A program made the position numbers and the translations under genes. The notes beneath the pieces are model-generated. The model ran no database searches and was not told the DNA's origin. It worked only from the letters and a program-made list of their open reading frames with translations. From NCBI GenBank assembly GCA_963766775.1, contig CAVYBP010000010.1, positions 35,861-99,860 of the forward strand: a stretch of DNA of 64,000 bases, given 5' to 3'. Positions 22,547 to 31,578 of the stretch are shown here, piece after piece (the stretch's first letter is position 1; each line of letters starts with the position of its first letter). The DNA comes from an uncultured Phycisphaerales bacterium (GTDB lineage Bacteria; Planctomycetota; Phycisphaerae; WQYP01).

Positions 22547-23679
22547 ATGACCACCGCGACGTGCCATCGTCCGCCCGCCGACGCTTCCATTCCCCCCAAG
22601 CGCGGCTTTTCGCTTCCAATGCTCGCCACCCCCGACCGCCGCACCAGTCCGGTAGGGGGGGGGATGGGACAATCACCGGCCCACGCGATATCTCCTACGT
22701 ACAAATGCTCCGCATTTCTGTCACCGACGTCTGCAATCTCCGTTGCGTCTACTGCATGCCCGCTGAAGGCGTTGAATGGCTGCCAAAATCCCACCTCCTT
22801 TCCTTTGAAGAAATCGCCGCCATCGTCCGCGCGGCCACTTCGCTCGGAGTCACCCACTTCAAACTCACCGGCGGCGAACCCACCGCACGACGCGACCTCC
22901 CCATGCTCGTCGAAATGCTCCGCCGAATCGACGGCGTCCGCGACCTCTCACTCACCACCAACGGCATTCTGCTCGAACCCATGCTCCCCGCCCTCCGCGC
23001 GGCAGGCCTCAATCGTATCACCATCTCGCTCGACTCCCTTCGCCCCGAACGCTTCTCCGACATCACCCGCGGCGGCGACTTTCATCGCGTCTGGCGGGCC
23101 ATCGAACACGCCCTCTCGCTCGGCTTCGACCGCCTCAAGATCAACGTCGTCGTCATGAAGGGCATGAACGACGACGAGATCGCCGACTTCGCCGCCCTTA
23201 CCCAAACCCTTCCCCTCACCGTCCGATTCATCGAATTCATGCCCCTTGGCCGCTCCGGCCTCACCGACGATCCCGCTGCCTCCATGACCACCGAATCCCA
23301 AATCCGAAACGCCATTGAATCCATCCACGGCACACTCCAGCCCGTCCACCGTCACATCGAAACCGGCGTCGGCCCCGCCAAGGTCTGGACCCTCCCCAAC
23401 GCCCAAGGCCGCCTCGGCTTCATCAGCGCCATGAGCCACCCTTTCTGCGACACCTGCAACCGCCTCCGCCTCACCCCCGACGGCCTCCTCCGCTCCTGCC
23501 TCTTCGACGGCGGCGAAGTAGACCTCAAACCCCTGATGCGCGAACCACGTTTGTCCACCAATGGTTCATTGGAAAGTGTGGAGACCCTTCTTCGCTCCGC
23601 CATGACCACCTGCGTCACCATGAAACCCGAAACCCATTCCGCCCACGGCAACAAAGCAATGAACCGCATCGGCGGGTGA
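22547..23679 (+). CDS. moaA: GTP 3',8-cyclase MoaA (indel in the G9 run 22655-22663)
   Basis: LRISVTDVCNLRCVYCMP, LTGGEP, RFIEFMP, FCDTCNRLRLTPDGLLRSCL, terminal IGG. Confidence 0.95.
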
Positions 23680-23748
23680 GGCTTTTCTTGGCGTCGCATC
23701 CCTCGCTTGTGATATAGTAATCCAGTCAAACTACTTTGATGGTGACCT

Positions 23749-24013
23749 ATGTCCGCTGCGCCGAAAGTTATTGAGGGCACTTGGGATGACGTGGTAAAAC
23801 ACGCGGCGGAACTGGCCGGACATCGTCTAAGGGTCACAGTGATTGACGATGTAACAATCCCCTACGACCATCCGGCCTTCGATCAGTCTCCAGAAGCCAT
23901 TGAAGCCTGGGTCAAAGCGCTTTCATGAGTATGCAACGAATCGGCCGGAACTGCGGTTGGCTGATGACGCCCTCGAATCACTTTACAATGAGCAACTGGA
24001 TCATCAGCTATGA
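23749..24013 (+). CDS. Putative antitoxin upstream of VapC (indel ~23922)
   Basis: MSAAPKVIEGTWDDVVKHAAELAGHRLRVTVID... then HEYATNRPELRLADDALESLYNEQLDHQL*; TGA overlaps the toxin ATG (ATGA); not in the ORF track. Confidence 0.7.
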
Positions 24014-24459
24014 TCTTTGTCGATACGAACGTTCTTGCCAGAACGGTGGAAAAAGGGCATCCGCAATATCAGGCCGCAGTTGATGCGGTTTCTTTTTTAA
24101 GAGTATCGCGGGCCGAAGCGTTGGTAATAAGCCCACAAGTCCTCATGGAGTTCTATGCGGCTTCGACTCGCCGGGTGAACGGATTAGGGTTAACCGCTGA
24201 ACAGGCGCTCTCTGAAATTGCGTTGATCAAGCAGCAGTATGCTCTGCTCTCAGATCATCCATCCATTTTTTCGGAATGGGAACAACTCGTCCAAAAATAT
24301 AAGCCGGTGAATCGTCTCGTTTTTGATACACGTCATGTTGCCTTTATGCGAGTTTATCAACTTACCGAGATTCTTACGTTCAATGACAAAGACTTTTCGA
24401 TCTATTCAGAAATCCAACCATTGAATCCATTCGACATCTTAAAAAGGCCGCGGGTGTGA
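24010..24459 (+). CDS. PIN-domain toxin (VapC family)
   Basis: MIFVDTNVL, SPQVLMEFY, VFDTRHVA, ILTFNDKDF; AT-rich relative to the flanks. Confidence 0.88.
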   Translation: MIFVDTNVLARTVEKGHPQYQAAVDAVSFLRVSRAEALVISPQVLMEFYAASTRRVNGLGLTAEQALSEIALIKQQYALLSDHPSIFSEWEQLVQKYKPVNRLVFDTRHVAFMRVYQLTEILTFNDKDFSIYSEIQPLNPFDILKRPRV

Positions 24460-24487
24460 TTTTCTTACGCCCGCGAATCAATTCCTT

Positions 24488-24973
24488 ATGACTGCGAAAC
24501 ATCTATCGCACTTGACCGATACCGGCACCGCTCACATGGTGGATGTCAGCGGCAAATCGCCGACGTTGCGGCGTGCCGTGGCGGAGGGGTATGTCGTGAT
24601 GGCACCAGCGACGCTTGAGGCGTTGCGCAACAACACCGGGCCGAAGGGTGAGGTATTGTCGGTGGCGCGGATCGCGGGGATTCAGGGGGCGAAGCGGACG
24701 GGGGAGTTGATTCCGTTGTGTCATCCGTTGCCGGTGGAGCAGGTGACGGTGGATTTTGAATTGATCGCGCCGGACCGGGTGCGGATCGTCGCAGCGGCGA
24801 TCATCACGGCGAAGACCGGCATCGAAATGGAGGCGTTTACCGCGGTGGCGATCGCGGCACTGACGATCGTGGATATGCTGAAGGCGATCGACCAGTCGAT
24901 GGTGGTGACGGGAATCCGGTTGTTGGAAAAAACGGGCGGCAAATCGGACTTTTGTGCGGTGGGGCCACCGTGA
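24488..24973 (+). CDS. moaC: Cyclic pyranopterin monophosphate synthase MoaC
   Basis: AHMVDVSGK, KGEVLSVARIAGIQGAKRT.ELIPLCHPL, KTGIEMEA, DMLKAID, LLEKTGGKS. Confidence 0.97.
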   Translation: MTAKHLSHLTDTGTAHMVDVSGKSPTLRRAVAEGYVVMAPATLEALRNNTGPKGEVLSVARIAGIQGAKRTGELIPLCHPLPVEQVTVDFELIAPDRVRIVAAAIITAKTGIEMEAFTAVAIAALTIVDMLKAIDQSMVVTGIRLLEKTGGKSDFCAVGPP

Positions 24974-26084
24974 CCACGACCGCGTCAACGCACTGCGCAC
25001 CGGTACGCCTTGAGTTGACGTCGGCGGGGATGCGGGGGGTGATCGGCTCCCTGGCGGTGATCGGGTTTGTCTTTGGCATGGGCGGCCTCGCGGCGGGCAT
25101 TGATGTGCTGTTCGGGCATGGGGTGGAAAAAGCGCCGTGGCCGTTTTTTTTCATGCTGCCGGTGCCGTTCATGTTTGTCGGCGGCGGGATATTCTTCACG
25201 GCGGTGGTGTTCTTTCTGCGGCGCGTGACGCTGGAGGCGGATACCTCGGGCATTACTCGCATTTCGCGGATATTCTTTTTCCGCCGCGAGCGGCGCTCTG
25301 CCGCCCACCACTGGCTGACGTTGTGTACAGTTTTGCTTCGGGATCAAGCGATGCCCTGTGCCTTGGCAAGATTCACATGGCGTTTGATGACGGTCGGCGC
25401 ATACTGCTGTTACAGCGTTACGGCATGACGGAGACTCGCCGCTTGGCCGAGACTCTGCGGGCGGCCGTCTTTAGCGCTTCAGAGGAGCGCGCGAGCGAGA
25501 CCCCTCGCGGCGGCGCGCTCTCCATTGCCGAGGATGCCGGCGTGTTCCGACTTCACTTAAAACCAGAGCCGGCGTCGCACGTGGGTTCCAATTCACTGGC
25601 CGTTTCCATTGTATTGCTGGTGTTCACGACACTTTTTCTCGCCGGATTTGTCATTACCATCTGGCAAGTTAATCACACCACGTTTGAAAGGGCGATGGCG
25701 ACCGGGTTCGCGGGAGGCCTGTGGATGCTGTTCGTGGTGGTTTGTTCATCGGTGATTATTAAGACGCGGCGACGCGCCGCTGAACAGGCCGACATCACGC
25801 TCGATTCGGGATTCCTGCGGATGGATATTGGCAGCAACGGCTCGTCGCCCTCGCGCCGGCTAGTCTGGAAGCAGCAGGACATTCGAACTATTTCCGTCGA
25901 GCCTTCTGGCTTGCAAGTGAACGAACAGCCAGTGTTCGAACTTCAGGTGGTCGCGGCAAATTCCGCCAAGTCGGTGCGACTCTTCACGGGGCGAGATGTG
26001 CGCGATCTGCGCTGGCTTGCCTCCACGTTGTCCGAGCGGATGGCGCATCAGTCTGCCGGCCGCGAGGCGCCGAGAAGTGCTTGA
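24970..26084 (+). CDS. Hypothetical membrane protein (two TM-hairpin + soluble modules; indel ~25290)
   Basis: GTG overlaps the moaC stop; track ORFs 24952-25428 and 25137-26084 each contain two TM helices followed by a beta-rich segment. Confidence 0.55.
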
Positions 26085-26631
26085 GGACCCCGACTCCCCA
26101 ATCGCCGTCGCCACGCTCGCCGCCATCGACCACAAGCTCAAATTCATCGACTGGCGGCGACGATTTTCCGACCGGGGCCTAATCCTCGAACTTCCTCCGT
26201 CGTTAAACCGCGGCTTGGGCTATTTCTTTTTTGCAGGAATGTGGCTGCTTATGAGCGGCGTGTTCATCGTGCTTTCGCTGATGCCGTCGACGCACATGCC
26301 GCTCTACGTCGTGCCGATTATGCTGGCGTTTTCAATTCCCGGGATTGTTCTGACGTATTTCGCCCGTCGAATGACACAGGCGAGTGCACAGGTGGAACTC
26401 ACTACCGCAGCGCTCACGATTCGTTGGCACATCCTGAAGGATCACGATGTCACGATCCCCTGCGATCAGATCACCGGCATCGGAACAACCTTCGGCACGT
26501 CCGACGGTCCACTGCAGTTGTACGTCGACCGCGCCGATGGCCGGCAGACGATATCGATGAATTTGTCCAATGGTGATCTGCAGGGCCTGGCGGAAGTGCT
26601 TGGAATTGCGCTCGCTTTGCCGCCGAAGTAG
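26077..26631 (+). CDS. Hypothetical membrane protein (TM hairpin + soluble domain)
   Basis: Overlaps the upstream stop; two TM helices then ELTTAALTIRW..IPCDQITGI. Confidence 0.55.
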   Translation: MLEDPDSPIAVATLAAIDHKLKFIDWRRRFSDRGLILELPPSLNRGLGYFFFAGMWLLMSGVFIVLSLMPSTHMPLYVVPIMLAFSIPGIVLTYFARRMTQASAQVELTTAALTIRWHILKDHDVTIPCDQITGIGTTFGTSDGPLQLYVDRADGRQTISMNLSNGDLQGLAEVLGIALALPPK

Positions 26632-26686
26632 GGTGGTGCGGGGGAGCGAGGCGTTCGAGTTGGACCACCAAGGTACAGCGGGCTTA

Positions 26687-27809
26687 TCAGAAGCTCGCGA
26701 GGAACTGGTCGTTGGTGGGGAATTTGGCCATTGCTTTCAATAGCGCTTCCATGGCCTGCACTGGATCGCGGCTTACCAGGTCGCGGCGGAGCATGCTTAC
26801 CTTTTTGACGACTTCAGGGCCCATTAGGAGTTCTTCCTTGCGGGTGCCCGAGGCGGGGAGATCGATAGCGGGCCAGATGCGGCGCTCGGCGAGTTTTTTG
26901 CTGAGCATCAATTCCATGTTGCCCGTGCCTTTGAATTCCTGAAAGATCAATTCGTCCATGCGCGAGCCGGTATCGATGAGCGCGGAGGCGATGATCGTGA
27001 GCGAGCCACCGTTTTCAATGTTGCGGGCGGCACCGAACATTGAGCGGGGTTCCTGCATCGCCTGGGCGTCGATACCGCCGGACATCGTGCGGCCGGAGCT
27101 GCCGACGAAATGGTTGAAGGATCGACCCACGCGCGTGATCGAGTCGAGGATCACCATGATGTGCTGGCCGAACTCGACGAGGCGTTTGGCGCGTTCAATG
27201 ACCATGCGTGCCGTGCGGACGTGCGAATCGATGTCTTCGTCGGTGTTGCTTGCCCAGATTTCGCAGTTCGGCAGGCTGCGTCGAAAGTCGGTGACTTCCT
27301 CGGGACGCTCGTCGATGAGCAGCACGAACACTTTGATATCCGGATAATTTTTGGCGGTTGCTTCGGCGATTTGTTTGAGCAGAGTGGTCTTGCCGGTCTT
27401 GGGCGGGGCGACGATCAGCCCGCGCTGACCGCGGCCGATGGGGGTGAGGAGTTCCATGATGCGCATGGATGCCGGTCCGCCGGGGGTTTCGAGGCGGAGG
27501 CGTTCGCGCGGGTCGATGACGGTGAGGTCCTGGAAGTAGGGGGTGGTGAAGAATTCACGGAGGGGCTTGCCTTCCACTTGGTTGACGTAAGTGACGAGGG
27601 GGCCGGGGCCGCGTTTATTGGGGCCGGTGTTGACGGTGAGGAAGAGTCCGGCGCAGTTGCGTGCGCTTAATGACGTCGGCGGGCACGTACGGATCGGTGG
27701 GAACCGGGCGGAAGCGGCGTTCCTGCATGCGGAGGTACCCGTGACCCTTGTCCGTGATGTCCAACAACCCCGTCGCCTGTGGCCGCTCGTTCTGCTTATT
27801 GTCTGGCAA
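26687..27809 (-). CDS. rho: Transcription termination factor Rho (short N-terminus; indel ~27650)
   Basis: GLLDITDKGHGYLR, PIGRGQRGLIVAPPKTGKT, LLIDERPEEVTD, LDSITR, GAARNIENGGSLTII, EFKGTGNMEL, SGTRKEELL. Confidence 0.95.
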
Positions 27810-28117
27810 GACCTACTCCACCTAATGAAGAGATGTAACCGGATCAGGAATGATCCGTGGGGGCGGCGCGGGTGCTTTACCAAGCAAACAGCGCAGCCAT
27901 CGTCGCGAAAACGCTCGCGACAACATGAAATACCTTTTACGTGTGCTCGAAGCTGTCTGAGGCCTGTTCCCGCGGGGAGCGGACGAAACGGGCACGAGAC
28001 AATTCCCGGTGATGAGCGAACAATGCGAACGGCACGCCCAGAGCGGTGCGGTTACCCCTTCTCCCAAAAAACCGGCGAAATTCGCAAGGTTATCAGGTCA
28101 ACCGCCTGGATATGGGC

Positions 28118-28825
28118 TTATCGTGTGCGGATGAGATCGGGGCGATCCGTAATGATCCCGCTGACCCCCATGGCCGCACAGGCCGCCACCATTCCTATAT
28201 CATTAGCTGTAAACGTCCAAACTTCAAGTCCCTGAGCGTCGGCGGCTGAGATTTGTGAGGCTCCGAGAATATCGACATGGAGGGCCAAGATCTCGGCATC
28301 GAGGTTTTTGGCGGCTGCGGGGAGGTCCTCGGACCAGTCTTTCGCGAGCAATCCGAGCGGTAAATCGCGTGAAATAGTCCGCAAAGGCGAGAGCCATGCG
28401 GGCTCAAAGCTGATGACCAGGGCCTCCCGCTCAAGCCCATATTTTCGCAGGGCGGTGAGAAGCTGATCCGGAGGGATGGGTACCTTGAGTTCGATGACGG
28501 GTCGGGCACGGGGGGCGATGGTGAGGAGTGCTTCATCCAAGGTGGGGATGCGTGCGGCTGCGAAACGGCCATGGAACCAAGAGCCCGCATCGAAGCGGAG
28601 AAGGTCCATTCGGGAGAATTGGCTGACCGGGCCTCGCCCCGTGGTGGTGCGGTCGAGGGTTTCGTCGTGCAGGACCACGAGCGTTCCGTCGGCAGCGACA
28701 CGGAGATCGAACTCGACGGCCTTCGCGCCGAGCCGGATCGCCTCATCAAAAGATGCAACGGTATTTTCCGGGGCATACGCTGCCGCGCCGCGATGCCCGA
28801 CCGCAATGACTGGCCTCCGCCTCAT
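28118..28825 (-). CDS. Glycerophosphodiester phosphodiesterase
   Basis: VGHRGAAAYAPENT, VEFDL, VLHDETLDRTT, IELK, GIITDRP. Confidence 0.93.
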   Translation of the reverse strand: MRRRPVIAVGHRGAAAYAPENTVASFDEAIRLGAKAVEFDLRVAADGTLVVLHDETLDRTTTGRGPVSQFSRMDLLRFDAGSWFHGRFAAARIPTLDEALLTIAPRARPVIELKVPIPPDQLLTALRKYGLEREALVISFEPAWLSPLRTISRDLPLGLLAKDWSEDLPAAAKNLDAEILALHVDILGASQISAADAQGLEVWTFTANDIGMVAACAAMGVSGIITDRPDLIRTR

Positions 28826-28967
28826 GAGGGGAGTATAGACCAGATTTGAGGGTGAGCAAAAAATTGCTGAATTGTTTGAGGGGAATGCGGGGTGATGGTC
28901 ACGATCTTCGCGGTAAACGCTTCCTCACGGGCGCGTCTCGGAATCGTTGTGAAATAGATCGGTAATT

Positions 28968-29972
28968 CTATCTATCGCGGGCGGTCACGTATTGAGCGGC
29001 TTCGACGAGTGCATCGCGGGCATCGCTGGGGGGAAGGATTTTCAGGGCATCGATCGCTTCATCCACCAGTCGCTGGGCTTCGGATCGTGCGTAGGCGATG
29101 GAGTCGCTGGGGGCCAGGAGTTGGCGGACGCGTTCGATGCGGTCGTGCTCGTGGGATTCGAGCAGGCCGATGAGGAGTTCGCGATGCTGCGGGGCGGCAT
29201 GTTTGAGGAAGTGGATCATGGGGAGGGTGAGCTTGCCCTTTTCAATGTCGGTGCCGAGGGATTTGCCGACGGTTTTCTGGTTGCCGCAGATGTCGAGAAT
29301 GTCATCCACGATTTGGAAGGCCAGACCAAGTTGCTTGCCATAGTGAGCCAAGGCATCGATCCATCGCTGGCGATGCGGTTGGCCTTCGGTGGAAATCGCA
29401 GCCCCGAGGCGGCAGCAGGCTTCCGTCAGCGCGGCAGTTTTTCGGTAAATGATCAGATAGTACGTTTTCTCGTCGAGCTTCCAGTTGCGGCGATTGTAGT
29501 TCTGCGTCAGTTCGCCTTCGCAGACGATATTGGTCGTGTGGGCGATCAGGCGGCTGGCTTCCTGGGAGTCCAGGCTGCTGCACAGGTGATAGGCGTGGGA
29601 GATGAGGAAGTCGCCCAGTAGGACGGCGGCCTCGTTGCCGTGCAGATGGTTGATGGTCGCACCGCGGCGTCGGACTTCGGCACCGTCGAGGATGTCGTCA
29701 TGGACGAGCGTCGCCATGTGCACCATTTCAACGACGGTGGCGAGGGTGACATGCTCGTGATTCAGCGGTTTCGGATTGTCCTGCTCGGCGGAGGCAAGGC
29801 CGGAGAGAAGCACGAGGATGGGCCGCAGCATCTTGCCGCGGAACTTGGCCACATGCGTCACGAGCGTATTGACGTTGGGCAGGTCGGAGCGAAGCTCGCG
29901 GGCGAAAAGCTCATCGACGGCAATAAGCTGCGGAGCAACCAGTTGAGCAAGCGTTGAGGCAACGCTGGGCAT
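28968..29972 (-). CDS. Polyprenyl diphosphate synthase (IspB/HepT-like)
   Basis: GKMLRP, EMVHMATLVHDDILD..RRG, AVLLGD, RKTA, GLAFQIVDDILD, GKLTLP. Confidence 0.93.
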   Translation of the reverse strand: MPSVASTLAQLVAPQLIAVDELFARELRSDLPNVNTLVTHVAKFRGKMLRPILVLLSGLASAEQDNPKPLNHEHVTLATVVEMVHMATLVHDDILDGAEVRRRGATINHLHGNEAAVLLGDFLISHAYHLCSSLDSQEASRLIAHTTNIVCEGELTQNYNRRNWKLDEKTYYLIIYRKTAALTEACCRLGAAISTEGQPHRQRWIDALAHYGKQLGLAFQIVDDILDICGNQKTVGKSLGTDIEKGKLTLPMIHFLKHAAPQHRELLIGLLESHEHDRIERVRQLLAPSDSIAYARSEAQRLVDEAIDALKILPPSDARDALVEAAQYVTARDR

Positions 29973-30193
29973 GACAATTCCTTCGTAGAGGGATTCCATC
30001 CTTCAATCGTTATTGAAAGTATAGAAACATCGACAGGGAAATCCACAAGAAAGCAATGCGGATGACTAGAGGCATTCGGCAAGGAGAACGGGCGTTATGT
30101 TATGAGAAGATCGACCGCTCGGCAATACCGCTCGCAATCGTGCAGTATCGTTTGCGTGAAACTTTTTCACGCGTCGGGTACCCTCACTTCATC

Positions 30194-30655
30194 ATGATGA
30201 CATCACCGCACACTTCGCCGCCTCTCGAAGATGCGGATTACTATCGGCTTCTCCGGCCACAGATCGAGTTTGAGGACAGCCTGATCACGCAGCGATTGAG
30301 TTGGTTCGTCGCGGCGCAATCATTTCTTTTCACCGCGTATGCGATCACGCTGAACGGGCCGAAAGAGTCTGCGCTTCCCGCATTTCGAGAGCAGCAGCAG
30401 ATGTTGTATCACCTTATTCCGGTCGTGGCGATCGCGTCTGGGGTGTTAATTTATCTCGCGATCGTCGGCGGTGTGGTGGCACAATGGCAGTTGCGGCGTT
30501 TTCTGTTGGAGCGGGTTCCGGCGGAACGACTGGCGGCCTTCCCGCCGATCCAGGGGGTTCTTCAAACTCGTGTTCTGGGGATGGCGGCTCCATTGGGATT
30601 GCCGTTGGTGTTTGTGATGGTGTGGATATTTTTATTCGTTCGCGGTGTCAGTTGA
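30194..30655 (+). CDS. Small hypothetical membrane protein (three hydrophobic helices)
   Basis: EFEDSLITQRLSWFVAAQSFLFTAY and two further TM segments; directly upstream of the SDR gene. Confidence 0.65.
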   Translation: MMTSPHTSPPLEDADYYRLLRPQIEFEDSLITQRLSWFVAAQSFLFTAYAITLNGPKESALPAFREQQQMLYHLIPVVAIASGVLIYLAIVGGVVAQWQLRRFLLERVPAERLAAFPPIQGVLQTRVLGMAAPLGLPLVFVMVWIFLFVRGVS

Positions 30656-30680
30656 TGCCGGACTTTTTGAAGGGGTTGCG

Positions 30681-31448
30681 ATGCGGCTGCAAAATAAAGT
30701 GGCGTTGATCACGGGGGCGAACAGCGGTATTGGCCGGGGGATCGCGACGCGGTTTGCGGCGGAAGGGGCGCATGTGGCGGTGAATTATCTACCCGGGGGG
30801 CATCGGACGGAGGATGCGGAGTCGGAGGTCGCGGCCTTTCCGACCGCATCGCTCGCGGTTCCGGGCGATGTCAGTAAGCGCGAAGATGTGGAACGAATGG
30901 TGCGCGACGTCGTGGCGAAGTTCGGGCGGTTGGACATTGTCGTGAACAATGCGGGCATCGAGATTAACAAGCCGTTCCTTGAGACTTCGGACGACGAATG
31001 GAATCGCGTGTTGAATGTGAATTTGTTTGGGTCTTATCTTGTCAGCCAGGTGGCAGCGAAGCAGATGGTGGCGCAAAAGCAGGGGGGTAAACTGCTGTTT
31101 GTGTCGTCGGTGCATGAAGACATTCCGTTTCCGGGGTATACGGCGTATTGCGCGAGCAAAGGGGCGATTCGCATGATGATGCGAAACCTTGCGATGGAAT
31201 TCGCGCAGTACAAAATCAACGTGAACAACATCGCGCCCGGAGCGATCGCAACGCCGATCAATCAAAGCGTGCTCAGTGATCCGACGGCGCTGGCGAACGC
31301 GATTTCGGAGATTCCGTGGGGCCGTTTCGGACGGCCGGACGAAGTCGCATCGGTGGCGCTCTTTCTCGCGAGCGATGAATCGGAATATGTTACGGGAAGT
31401 ACGTATTACGTTGACGGCGGGTTGACGCAGCAGGTGACGAAGTATTGA
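30681..31448 (+). CDS. SDR oxidoreductase, glucose 1-dehydrogenase-like
   Basis: TGANSGIG, NNAGIE, SSVHE.IP, YCASKG, NIAPGAIATPIN. Confidence 0.9.
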   Translation: MRLQNKVALITGANSGIGRGIATRFAAEGAHVAVNYLPGGHRTEDAESEVAAFPTASLAVPGDVSKREDVERMVRDVVAKFGRLDIVVNNAGIEINKPFLETSDDEWNRVLNVNLFGSYLVSQVAAKQMVAQKQGGKLLFVSSVHEDIPFPGYTAYCASKGAIRMMMRNLAMEFAQYKINVNNIAPGAIATPINQSVLSDPTALANAISEIPWGRFGRPDEVASVALFLASDESEYVTGSTYYVDGGLTQQVTKY

Positions 31449-31453
31449 GGAGT

Positions 31454-31555
31454 TGGTAGACGGTAGGCGGTAGACGGTAGACGGACGGTAGACGGTAGGC
31501 GAATCGAAGAATGCACATTTATCTACCGTCTACTGTCTTCCGTCTTCCGTCTCCC
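31454..31555. repeat. Heptamer-armed intergenic hairpin (GGTAGAC / CTACCGT units)
   Basis: Tandem GGTAGAC/GGTAGGC units on the left; CTACCGT-CTACTGT-CTTCCGT-CTTCCGT on the right. Confidence 0.85.
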
Positions 31556-31578
31556 ACACTCGCTTTTTCGAGGCTTTC

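Noticed and set aside
22655-22663. G9 tract in the 5' part of moaA as a phase-variation switch
   Set aside because: Indistinguishable from homopolymer miscalling given the error background; would need read-level length distributions
31454-31555. Short tandem repeats as a CRISPR array
   Set aside because: Units are 7-10 nt without unique spacers and there are no cas genes; no CRISPR array, rRNA or tRNA gene was seen in the window
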